A stretch of 64,000 bases of DNA, taken from a bacterium (GTDB lineage: Bacteria > RBG-13-61-14 > DATKZS01). Positions 19,727 through 28,424 of this stretch are shown here, one piece after another; position 1 is the stretch's first letter, and each line of letters opens with the position of its first letter. The position numbers were made by a program, and so were the translations under genes. Below the pieces are notes generated by a model, which saw only the letters and a program-made list of their open reading frames with translations, made no database searches and had not been told where the DNA came from. The stretch covers positions 128,001-192,000 of the forward strand of contig CAXXFL010000001.1 in assembly GCA_963674965.2 (NCBI GenBank). The letters are read 5' to 3'.

Positions 19727-20533
19727 TTATGGCTGCTTGAGCCGCCTGATGGTGAAATTGTCGTCGGGGAAGGTCACGTCGAACTTTATTTCCTCGAGCT
19801 CGAGCACGGTCTTATGGTTCGACGCCTTATTGGTCATCTCGGACTTGCTGATGACCCTTCTTTCCCCCTCGGCCCTGTACTTATAGACCTTCATTTCCTT
19901 GGCCATGTTTCCTTCCTTATCGTAGAACTCGGCCTTGATGGGCAGCCAGTAGTCGGTCCTTATCCAGGTCAGGACCTTGCTGTACTTGTAGTCCGGGTCG
20001 CGGGAGACGCTTTGCACCACGTGGCACTCGATGCCGGCGATGGTCTCGGTCCGTAGATAGGTATTCTCCGTGTCCTTGGGGTCCTTGACCTGGAAGTCGG
20101 TCAGGTCGAAGTCCGACCCCAGGAAAGTCTGGGAGCTGTTTTTTTCCTCGACGTTTATCTCCCTCACGTCGTCGGTGGGCGGAGGCAGGTAAACGAAAAT
20201 CTGCGAATCGCCCTTATCGCTGGCCACGAGCAGGTATCCGGTGTCCTTGATGTCGGGGGGGTCCATGAACCGGATGAGCACGTTGTCGCCCATGCGCTGG
20301 ATGCGAAGGGACCTGGTCTGGGTCCTGCCGGTCTTGTCCACCAGGGTCATTTTAATGGTCGAGTCCACGCTTTCCGAGTACTCGTTCTGCCTGACCTTGG
20401 CCATGATTTCGTCGCCCGTGGGCGGCTTGGCGGGCGGGTCGCCCTGGGAAAAAGCGGGAAAGGCAACCAAAAGGAGCGCGATGACAGATACGAAAAACGC
20501 GGCGCGCCATAATGCGCGGGAAATAGTTTCCAT
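19727..20533 (-). CDS. LolA-like outer-membrane lipoprotein-sorting protein
   Basis: signal peptide; RFMDPPDIKDTGYL, FLGSDF and EFYDKEG motifs. Confidence 0.8.
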   Translation of the reverse strand: METISRALWRAAFFVSVIALLLVAFPAFSQGDPPAKPPTGDEIMAKVRQNEYSESVDSTIKMTLVDKTGRTQTRSLRIQRMGDNVLIRFMDPPDIKDTGYLLVASDKGDSQIFVYLPPPTDDVREINVEEKNSSQTFLGSDFDLTDFQVKDPKDTENTYLRTETIAGIECHVVQSVSRDPDYKYSKVLTWIRTDYWLPIKAEFYDKEGNMAKEMKVYKYRAEGERRVISKSEMTNKASNHKTVLELEEIKFDVTFPDDNFTIRRLKQP

Positions 20534-20570
20534 GCCGTCCTCCTGTTTTATGAACCGACTATTGGCCGAA

Positions 20571-21107
20571 TCAGACTTTCTTGCTTCTCATTTTCAAAAG
20601 CTCGTCCACTTCCGCGAGCCTTTCCTTGAAGGTCTGGTTGCTTGGCTCCATCTTGATGGCGAGCTGAAGATTGATCTTCGCGCTTTTATAATCTTTATTC
20701 CTGATGCCCGTCTGGGCCATCTGATAATATTTTTTGCCCATGGGCGTCTGGCCCTCGTCCTCGGGCTTGTCGGCCTTGGCCAGCCGGGCGTAAAGCTTGG
20801 GGTTGTAGCGAATGTACTTTTGCCCGTCATCCCCCGAGATGGCCTTGGTATAGGTGGCCCTTTTGTCCTGGTCGGAGAGGACCTTGTAAGCCTCGCAGAC
20901 CCTTTTGAAAATCTTGTTGACCATTTCCACCAGCCGGGGGTCCTCGTTGTAGAACTTGTCGGGATGGAACCGCCTGGACTGGTTGAAGTAGGCCGTCTTA
21001 ATATCCTGGGTAAAGGCGCGCTTTCGCACCTTGAGTATCTGGTAGTAGTCCATCGCGTCTATGGTCTTGGCCAGCGTTATTATTTCCTGTTTTGTCTCGG
21101 CGTCCAT
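20571..21107 (-). CDS. J-domain protein with C-terminal TPR-like helices
   Basis: DYYQIL...FHPDKF...EAYKVLSD (HPD motif); no G/F region or zinc finger. Confidence 0.88.
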   Translation of the reverse strand: MDAETKQEIITLAKTIDAMDYYQILKVRKRAFTQDIKTAYFNQSRRFHPDKFYNEDPRLVEMVNKIFKRVCEAYKVLSDQDKRATYTKAISGDDGQKYIRYNPKLYARLAKADKPEDEGQTPMGKKYYQMAQTGIRNKDYKSAKINLQLAIKMEPSNQTFKERLAEVDELLKMRSKKV

Positions 21108-21169
21108 TTTCTATATAGTCCCCTAATTGGAAAGGATTTTCAGGTTATGCGATCGGCCGCCCAGCGACG

Positions 21170-22765
21170 TCACTCGAGCTGAAGCTCGGGCTTGTAGGTC
21201 TGGACCCCCTCGTCCTCGCCGGAGTGCCTTTCCTTCAGGGCCTGGATTTCCTCCTCCGAGAGTCCTCCGGAGACGTTGAGCTGGACCGAGCGGGCCTTGC
21301 CCGTCTCGCGGTCGCGGGCGGTCACGTTCACGATGCCGTTGGCGTCGATCTCGAAGGTGACCTCGATTTTGGCGTCGCCCTTGGGGGCGGCGGGGATATC
21401 GGTCAGCCGGAACTCTCCCAGAAGCTCGTTGTCCTTGCAGAACCTTTCCTCCCCCTGGAAAATCCGGATTTTGACCGCGGTCTGCCCGTCCCTGGTGGTG
21501 GTGAAAACCCTGCTCTGCTCCGTGGGTATGGGGGTGTTGCGCTCGATCAGGGTGTCCATCAGCCCGCCCGCCGTCTCGATGCCCAGCGACATGGGCGTCA
21601 CGTCCAAAAGCAGCGCCCCGGCGGTGGAGTCGACCAGGGCCGAGGCCTGGATGGCCGCTCCCAGACTGACCACCTCCTCGGGGTCGATGCCGTCCTTGGG
21701 CTCCTTGAAGAAGTAACTCTTGACCGCCTCCTTGACGATGGGCATGTTGGTCGGGCCGCCCACCAGTATGAGAGCGTCCACGTCCTCGACCGTCAGGTGC
21801 GCGTTCTGCAGGGCCTCGTCGCAGACCTTGAAGGTCCTCTGTATAAGGTCGTGGACCATCTGGCCGAAATAGTTGCGGTTCACCGTGAGCTCGAGGTCGG
21901 TGGGACTTCCGTTCACTTGGGTGATCCCGGGCAGGCTGATGGTGGTCTCCAGGTTTTCCACCAGGTCTATCTTGGCCCTTTCAGCGGAGTCCTTCAATCT
22001 CTGGAGCGCGCTCCGGTCGTGCCGGAGGTCGACGTCATGGTCGCGCATGAAGCGCTCGGCCATGTAGTCTATGAGCCGATCGTCGAAGTCGTCGCCGCCC
22101 AGGTACATGTCGCCGGCGGTGGAGATGACCTCGAAAACGTCGTCGCCTATCTCGAGGATCGAGATGTCGAAGGTGCCGCCGCCCAGGTCGTAAACGGCCA
22201 CCTTTTGCTGGAGGCCCTTGCCGAAGCCGTAAGCCAGGGCGGCGGCCGTGGGCTCGTTGATGATCCTGAGAACGTTGAGACCGGCGATGGTGCCCGCGTC
22301 CTTGGTGGCCTGGCGCTGGCCGTCGTTGAAGTTGGCCGGGACCGTGATCACGGCCTGGTCCACGTCATCCCCCAGGTGCTCCTCGGCGATCTTCTTCATC
22401 TCCATGAGGATCATGGCGCTGATCTCGGGACAAGAATACTGACGGTCGTCTATCTGAATCCGCACGCTCTGGTTGGGACCCTCCACGATCGAGTAAGTGG
22501 AAACGGCCATGGCCTTCTTGACCTCGGAACTGAAGAACTTGCGGCCGATCAGACGCTTCGAGGAATATACCGTGCGCTCGGGATTGTGGATGATATGCTT
22601 CTTTGCCTCGTTGCCGACCAGTATCTGGCCGTCATCCAGAAAAGAAACCACCGACGACTGAATCGGATCGCCGTCCGGCCCGTTGATTACCCTGGGCTTT
22701 CCATCCTCCACGTATGACACGCAGGACGTGCTCGTTCCCAGATCGATCCCGACTACTCTACCCAT
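21170..22765 (-). CDS. Hsp70/DnaK-family chaperone paralog (short, no C-terminal lid)
   Basis: [41 protein letters not shown] and EIDANGI; about 531 aa. Confidence 0.93.
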   Translation of the reverse strand: MGRVVGIDLGTSTSCVSYVEDGKPRVINGPDGDPIQSSVVSFLDDGQILVGNEAKKHIIHNPERTVYSSKRLIGRKFFSSEVKKAMAVSTYSIVEGPNQSVRIQIDDRQYSCPEISAMILMEMKKIAEEHLGDDVDQAVITVPANFNDGQRQATKDAGTIAGLNVLRIINEPTAAALAYGFGKGLQQKVAVYDLGGGTFDISILEIGDDVFEVISTAGDMYLGGDDFDDRLIDYMAERFMRDHDVDLRHDRSALQRLKDSAERAKIDLVENLETTISLPGITQVNGSPTDLELTVNRNYFGQMVHDLIQRTFKVCDEALQNAHLTVEDVDALILVGGPTNMPIVKEAVKSYFFKEPKDGIDPEEVVSLGAAIQASALVDSTAGALLLDVTPMSLGIETAGGLMDTLIERNTPIPTEQSRVFTTTRDGQTAVKIRIFQGEERFCKDNELLGEFRLTDIPAAPKGDAKIEVTFEIDANGIVNVTARDRETGKARSVQLNVSGGLSEEEIQALKERHSGEDEGVQTYKPELQLE

Positions 22766-22987
22766 ATCCGCTCCTTTTGTACGGTCGATATGCAATAAAA
22801 TACTTCGCCCTAGGCTAACATGAAAACCATGGGCGAGGCAAATAAAATTTCATTGTAATCAGAAGGTTCAACCAAACCGGCCCCTTTTTCGCCCGCGCCG
22901 GGATACCGCCTAGAAGATAAATTCGGCGGACCGGCCGTCAAAGCGGGTCCGCCGAGAAATCCCCTCGATCGGCCTGGCGGAGGATTC

Positions 22988-23815
22988 CTAGAAATTGGCC
23001 CCAACGGTGAAGACCATTCCGTCGTTTACCGTGTTCAAATCCGCCTCGAACTCTCCTTCCTCGTCCTCGGCGTGTATGGCCGTGTTGATGAACCTGTATC
23101 CCAGCCCGAGATGGAGCCATTTATAATCGTAGGTAAGTCCGGCGTCAAGGTCTATATAGCTGGCCGAGTTGTCCTCATAGCCCGCGTACATGCCGCAGAC
23201 CTGGCCGCGAAAGCCGAAGCCGTAGGCCAGGTCCATGGCCCCTCCCAGGCCCAGGACCGGAACGGGCAGGGGGAGGGTCTCGTTCTCGTCCACGTGCCCG
23301 CCCGTCACGTCCTCGGTGCCCTCGTATCCGGCCTCGATTATATATAACTGGGTACCCCAGACCAGCCCGAGTCTTCCCCTGTCCTTGTTCAGGAAGTCCC
23401 ACTCGTCCAGTATGGAAATACGGTCCACGGCGTAGGTGGTGCGAAGGGGCGCGTCAGCCGTCAACTCGTACCCCCCGAACTCGATGGTCCGGCTAAGGAG
23501 GTTCGTGCCGCTGTAGTCGACATGGTAGTACCCCAGGGACAGCCTGTGGTTGGGAAGGGTCTTAAACCAGGCCTGGACCTCGAAAACGTCCTGGGGCGAA
23601 TCGAGACCCAGGTCGTCCTCCATGTCCAGCTTGTCGCCGATGACGACGCCCGTGTCCCCCACCTGGTCAACGTCGCGAACCTCGGCGTCGCCCGAGAAAC
23701 CAGCTATCCAGTAATTGACACTGATCCCGCCTTTATACTCGTCCTCCGCGGCCGAGGCCCGCGAGCAAGCTATCATGGCGACCATGACGGCCATCCAGAT
23801 AAACGCCCTTTTCAT
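22988..23815 (-). CDS. outer-membrane beta-barrel protein
   Basis: signal peptide; amphipathic strands; LEDDLG-like and PLPVPVLG motifs; C-terminal TVGANF. Confidence 0.7.
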   Translation of the reverse strand: MKRAFIWMAVMVAMIACSRASAAEDEYKGGISVNYWIAGFSGDAEVRDVDQVGDTGVVIGDKLDMEDDLGLDSPQDVFEVQAWFKTLPNHRLSLGYYHVDYSGTNLLSRTIEFGGYELTADAPLRTTYAVDRISILDEWDFLNKDRGRLGLVWGTQLYIIEAGYEGTEDVTGGHVDENETLPLPVPVLGLGGAMDLAYGFGFRGQVCGMYAGYEDNSASYIDLDAGLTYDYKWLHLGLGYRFINTAIHAEDEEGEFEADLNTVNDGMVFTVGANF

Positions 23816-23860
23816 GTCTTTCCTCCTTGTGATGGTCGTTCCCCTGTAAGGTCTTGGTAT

Positions 23861-23889
23861 ATGCTAGCCAAATTGGGAAATGGATGCAA
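23861..23889 (-). promoter_or_regulatory. sigma70-like promoter for the beta-barrel gene
   Basis: TTGCAT-17 nt-TAGCAT on the minus strand. Confidence 0.55.
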
Positions 23890-23929
23890 CCAAGTCCCCA
23901 ATTTTTTCCCTTTCAAACCCGGGCCGGGC

Positions 23930-25423
23930 CTAGAAGTACACCGGGATGCAGGTGCAGATGGTGTCGCAAGAGCACCCTATACCGCCGATGGGCCCGCCGA
24001 AGCCCGGGAACGTCGGCGTGTCCGTGCCGGTAAAGGGCTCGATATAAGTGCCCGGTATGCAGTCGCAGGTACACTTGACGCCGGCCGGAAGCTCCACGTC
24101 GCAGGGCACGGTGTAATTTATGGTCTTGCCGCCCTTGGTCGCGTACTTGAACTGCCGGGCCTTGTTCTCGGGGCGGTTGGCCTGGAGATCGATCAGGCAG
24201 CTCGCCATTTCCTCGCCGCTCTCGTCCCAAACCATAATCGTTCCGTCCCACATGCCCGAGACGATGGTCTTGCCGTCCGGGCTCACGGCGATGCTTTTGA
24301 CCGTGTTGATGTCGCCGTGGAATTTCTTGAGCAGCGCGCCCGAGGAGGCGTCCCATATTTTGACGGCCTTGTCGTTGCCGCCGGAGACGATGCTTTTCCC
24401 GTCGGGCAAGAAGGCTATCGCCGTGACCCATCCCTTGTGGGCCTCGATGGTCTTGGCTTTCTGGGGGGTGGCGATTTTCCTGATCTTGACAATGCCCTCC
24501 CTGTCGGCCGAGGCCAAAAGCTGGTCGTCGGCGCTCAGGGCCACCGAGGTCACGGGCTCGCGATGGACCTTGATATCGAGCGAGTGTCCTCCCTTCTCGA
24601 TGCCCCAGAGCTTGACGGTCATGTCGTCCGAGCCCGAGGCCAGGGTCTTGCCGTCGGCGCTGAAGGTTACCGTGTTGACGTGGCCCGCGTGTCCCTCCAG
24701 CGTTTGAATAAGGGCCCCGGCCTTTACGTCCCAGAGCTTGATGGTCCCGTCAAAGGAGCCCGAGGCGGCTATCCTGCCGCCGGGATTGACCGCCACCGAG
24801 CGCACGTAATTGACGTGCCCCTCCATCGTCTTCAGTTCTTTTCCGGTTTTGGCGCTCCAGGTTTTGACCAGGTTGTCGAACCCTCCGGACACGATCGTAC
24901 TTGCGTCCGGCGTGAAGCATACCGAGGCCACAATATCCGAGTGGGCCTTCTCGATTTTTTTAATCAGCTTGCCCTTGGCCACGTCCCAGATTTTTATCAC
25001 CTTGTCCTTGCTCGAGGTCACCAGTTTCGAGCCGTCGCGGCTCAAGGCCACGCAGGTGATGGTGTCCACGTGGGCCAGGATGGGACTGCACTTGCCGGTG
25101 TTTTCGATCTCGGCTTTTTCCTCGTCCTTGACCTCGGTGGGAGTCAGGGACACCGGCTCGCCGGGCTTTGCCGACGAGGTGGACCCGTCTTCCGACCCCG
25201 GCCCGCCCTTGCCGATGGGCTGGGGCTTTTTCCTCCCGCCGGGCTTTTCCTTGCACGAGTAGGCGGCGGCGGCGGCGAAAAGAGAGCCGGCCACCAGGAA
25301 ACCCCGGCGACCCGACCGCCAATTCGCGGAGAGGTCTTTTAGCTCGTATACGCGCGGTTCCTCCGACCTCCCGTCCTCGAGGCGTTTTTCCAGAATGAAC
25401 CTTGGTCTTTTCAAGTCCGTCAT
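23930..25423 (-). CDS. Tat-exported lipoprotein with 7 WD40 repeats and a Cys-rich C-terminal tail (candidate radical SAM substrate)
   Basis: SGRRGFL twin-arginine motif, h-region ending AYSC, seven (G/A/V)H...W(D/S/G)-type repeats (two degenerate), tail with 9 Cys; AGGAG RBS. Confidence 0.85.
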   Translation of the reverse strand: MTDLKRPRFILEKRLEDGRSEEPRVYELKDLSANWRSGRRGFLVAGSLFAAAAAYSCKEKPGGRKKPQPIGKGGPGSEDGSTSSAKPGEPVSLTPTEVKDEEKAEIENTGKCSPILAHVDTITCVALSRDGSKLVTSSKDKVIKIWDVAKGKLIKKIEKAHSDIVASVCFTPDASTIVSGGFDNLVKTWSAKTGKELKTMEGHVNYVRSVAVNPGGRIAASGSFDGTIKLWDVKAGALIQTLEGHAGHVNTVTFSADGKTLASGSDDMTVKLWGIEKGGHSLDIKVHREPVTSVALSADDQLLASADREGIVKIRKIATPQKAKTIEAHKGWVTAIAFLPDGKSIVSGGNDKAVKIWDASSGALLKKFHGDINTVKSIAVSPDGKTIVSGMWDGTIMVWDESGEEMASCLIDLQANRPENKARQFKYATKGGKTINYTVPCDVELPAGVKCTCDCIPGTYIEPFTGTDTPTFPGFGGPIGGIGCSCDTICTCIPVYF

Positions 25424-25437
25424 GCTTGGCGCTCCTT

Positions 25438-26772
25438 TTAAGACCCGCCCGGAAGGCTTCCTCTCCAGACGCCTCCCCCGGACGAGATGTATTTCAATAA
25501 CAAATACTTGGTCAACTCGCGGTTAACGCGGCACCTGGGCGTCGGCTTGAACTTGTCAGGCCCGGACTCGGAAAAGGTCTTGGCCATGCAATCGCCGGCG
25601 CAGTGCCACTTGCAAAAGCATTCCCTACAATACTCTAATCGCTCGGGCGCTCGCGAGTCAAGTAGGGACCGCAATTTATTTTTATCCAGTACCGGACGGC
25701 CGCTCTCATCGATCCTTCCGAAGAAAAAATGGCGGGCCAGGGGATGGCGCGAACTGTAGACCTCGAAGCAGGCGGTCAACTCGCCCCGCGGCGTCACCAC
25801 CAGGGATTCCGATCCCGCCCGGCAGAAGCGGCCCGAGGTTATCTCGGGACGGGCGCCCGAGTAGACAAGAGCCACGCCCCGCCGGAGGCAGAGGTCGTGG
25901 GCCGACTTGAATTCCTCGATGAAACGGTCGAGGCTTTCCTCGCCCATCCACTCGCCGCCACCCCTTCCCTGGGGAAAAACGGGCTCGACCTGGATTTTCC
26001 TGGGGCCGGCGTTGTCCAGGACAAACTTTACGCTCGAGGCGAACTCGGGCATGGATATCTCGTCCGCCGTGATCCTGACGCCGTAATGCAGCCCTTTGCG
26101 GTCGAAGGTCTCGATGGTCTTCATCACCGCCTGGAAGGAACCGCCGCCCGACCGGGAGGGTCTTTGCCGGTCCTGGATATGGGCTGGCCCGTCCAGGGAA
26201 AGGCTCACTCCGTCCAGGTTCTCGGCTATCCACTCGGCTTTTTCCCTCCCATAAACCCCGTTGGTGGCCATGGACACGAGGGAGGGCAGGGCCTTTTCCC
26301 GGACGCGGGAGACGGCGGCCCGCATGGTTTCCCAGTTCATGGTGGGCTCGCCGCCGCCGTGGAAGGCCAGCTCGAAATGGCTCGAGAAGCGGCTTTGGGC
26401 CGAGTCGTGGGCGAAGTCCACCGCCGCCAGGGCGAGTTTGGCGCCCATGTCCTCGGGCGGCTCCTCGCCCGAGGAAGCGTAGCAGTAGGCGCAACTGAGG
26501 TTACAGCGGTTGGTAAGGAAGAGGGTGGCCCCCATCGGCAGGTAGTTGTCCCCGGGCTCGGGCCGGGCAGGAGGGGGGTCCGGCCGCAGGAAACCGATCT
26601 CCTCGAGGAAGGACGAGGCTTTCGACCCGTCGCCCTTTCCTCCCTTTTCGAGAAGCTCGGCCGTCAGGTTGGCCATGGCCCGGTTGCCGACGAAAGCCGT
26701 CCTGATCAGGGGCCGATACAAGATCAGCTTTTCCTCGAAGGGTATCTCGAATATCTCCGGAAGGGAAGCCAT
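25438..26772 (-). CDS. radical SAM/SPASM-domain protein (peptide/protein maturase type)
   Basis: CNLSCAYC (CxxxCxxC), FHGGGEP, TNG, LSLDGP; SPASM C-x12-G-x4-C...C-x2-C-x5-C-x3-C-x18-C. Confidence 0.93.
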   Translation of the reverse strand: MASLPEIFEIPFEEKLILYRPLIRTAFVGNRAMANLTAELLEKGGKGDGSKASSFLEEIGFLRPDPPPARPEPGDNYLPMGATLFLTNRCNLSCAYCYASSGEEPPEDMGAKLALAAVDFAHDSAQSRFSSHFELAFHGGGEPTMNWETMRAAVSRVREKALPSLVSMATNGVYGREKAEWIAENLDGVSLSLDGPAHIQDRQRPSRSGGGSFQAVMKTIETFDRKGLHYGVRITADEISMPEFASSVKFVLDNAGPRKIQVEPVFPQGRGGGEWMGEESLDRFIEEFKSAHDLCLRRGVALVYSGARPEITSGRFCRAGSESLVVTPRGELTACFEVYSSRHPLARHFFFGRIDESGRPVLDKNKLRSLLDSRAPERLEYCRECFCKWHCAGDCMAKTFSESGPDKFKPTPRCRVNRELTKYLLLKYISSGGGVWRGSLPGGS

Positions 26773-27060
26773 GCAAGTCTCTCTTATATTTATACGCTCG
26801 AAAGGATATAAACTTCTTTTCCCGAGAGTATACACCGAACGGTCGGGCGGGTTCCAATCCGGGCGGGCGCCGGCGTCGGACTTCCGCCGCCCGGGGTCCA
26901 AAAGACGCCTCGCGAAACGTTATCCGGCGCCGCTTGCCCGGGAAGTATCCCGGTGGTATAAGCGTAAAATCGCGTGGCCCGGGCTCTTTTCGCCGGGCCA
27001 GGGGCCGTGTCAAAAGGACGGGGCAGTTTTACCGTCAGTCGTGACCGATGGAGCGAGAGC

Positions 27061-28356
27061 ATGAAAAGCAAGGCGGCAAGGACCTACCTGGCGGCGGTTT
27101 TCTTCGCGGCGATTTTTCTTTCGGGCGCTACATTCGACATGTACGAGGCCATGGACCGGATATGGGAATGGAAGAAGCCCGACCCATATCCATATCCGCT
27201 GGAGGAGTTGGACGCCGAGACCCTTTCAGTCCTCCTGGACGCGGGCAACCTCCAGTGGTACGAGCCGCGTCCGGAAAAAGGCCAGTGGGACGCCGCGGTG
27301 GGAATGAAGGTCCACGCCGCTCCTCAAACCGTCTGGAGCGTAATCACGGACTACGAGGCGCCCTGCCGGATAATGAGCAAGACCTTCCTCGAGTGCAAGA
27401 GCGAGCGGGTATCCGACGACAAGGTTAAAAACGAATACAAAATTATCACCCGGGTCCTCGAGTTCGGCTCGACCTTCGACATGATCGACGAGGTCACGGA
27501 GAAGCCCCCCTATTTCCAGCGGATCGAGACGGTCGAGGGGGGCCTCGAGGGAAGAGTGGTGACCATTACCCTCATTCCCGCCGACGGGGGAAAGACGACC
27601 CTGGCCTTCATGCGCTACTACGCCTCGATGAGGTCCCTGGGCCTGGCCATGAGGGCCGTGCTGGCGGTGGTCCCCGCCGCCGAGTGGCCGGTGGCGGCCG
27701 CCAGCGCCAATTATCACCTCACCACCCACGGCATGGAAGCCGAGCGGATCGAGGGCTATCGGCGCCCGGAAAAGCCGGGCGATTTAAAGCACGACAAGCT
27801 TGACATGGAAACCCTGGCCCGCCTCGCCCGGTTCAACGCCGGCCTTATTCGCGAAACCCCGGAGGGAAAGACCGTCGACGGGCTGGCCTACGCCTTTATC
27901 GACGCTCCCCCCGGAGTCGTGTACGGTATCCTCGAGGACCTGGAGCATTACGACGAGAACCTCCAAAACCAGAAAACAGCGGTGGAAAAACGGGAGGGGA
28001 ACAAGGTATGGGTCACGCAGAAAATAACCTCGCAGTCGGTCCTGGTTTTCACCTTCTCCTACGAGATGCACGCCCTTTATCAGCTCGACCCGCCATACCA
28101 CGTCTCCTACCGGGCCATTGACGGGACCTACGAGGGAAGCACGGGAGACTTCAGGATCGTTCCCCTCGACGGCGGCGAGCGCTGCGCGCTTTTCTGCCAA
28201 ATAGGGATAAACTTCGAGCGCGACTCCGCCCTTACCACGAGGATCATCAGGTCGGGCGATTATCCTTTCAGCACCGTGATGGACCTGATAGCCGCGAGGA
28301 CCTACTTGAATAGCATTAAACCCCTGGCGGAAAAAAGGGCCAGGGAAGGCGGCTGA
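27061..28356 (+). CDS. exported protein with two SRPBCC/START-like (polyketide cyclase-like) domains
   Basis: N-terminal hydrophobic signal; VHAAPQTVWSVITDYE and IDAPPGVVYGILEDLEHY domain starts. Confidence 0.7.
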   Translation: MKSKAARTYLAAVFFAAIFLSGATFDMYEAMDRIWEWKKPDPYPYPLEELDAETLSVLLDAGNLQWYEPRPEKGQWDAAVGMKVHAAPQTVWSVITDYEAPCRIMSKTFLECKSERVSDDKVKNEYKIITRVLEFGSTFDMIDEVTEKPPYFQRIETVEGGLEGRVVTITLIPADGGKTTLAFMRYYASMRSLGLAMRAVLAVVPAAEWPVAAASANYHLTTHGMEAERIEGYRRPEKPGDLKHDKLDMETLARLARFNAGLIRETPEGKTVDGLAYAFIDAPPGVVYGILEDLEHYDENLQNQKTAVEKREGNKVWVTQKITSQSVLVFTFSYEMHALYQLDPPYHVSYRAIDGTYEGSTGDFRIVPLDGGERCALFCQIGINFERDSALTTRIIRSGDYPFSTVMDLIAARTYLNSIKPLAEKRAREGG

Positions 28357-28364
28357 AGACGGCG

Positions 28365-28405
28365 AAAAAAAGGACCGGCGTCAAATCCCCGGCGCCGGTC
28401 CTTTT
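28365..28405. terminator. bidirectional Rho-independent terminator
   Basis: AAAAAAAGGACCGGCG...CGCCGGTCCTTTT between convergent genes. Confidence 0.85.
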
Positions 28406-28424
28406 ATGACTTGTCCGCGTTCTA

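Noticed and set aside
21224-22717. Long antisense ORFs opposite Hsp70 (also opposite pnp, spoT, the WD40 gene, the second Hsp70 and others)
   Set aside because: Shadow ORFs caused by high GC at third codon positions; the sense genes carry all the recognisable motifs.
22988-23815. Beta-barrel as a third member (exporter) of the rSAM-WD40 system
   Set aside because: It has its own promoter-like sequence at 23861-23889 and nothing else links it; only synteny could rescue the idea.
25438-26772. Anaerobic sulfatase maturase or PqqE/MftC assignment
   Set aside because: No sulfatase (C/SxPxR) or pqq/mft genes nearby; the adjacent gene offers a Cys-rich candidate substrate instead.
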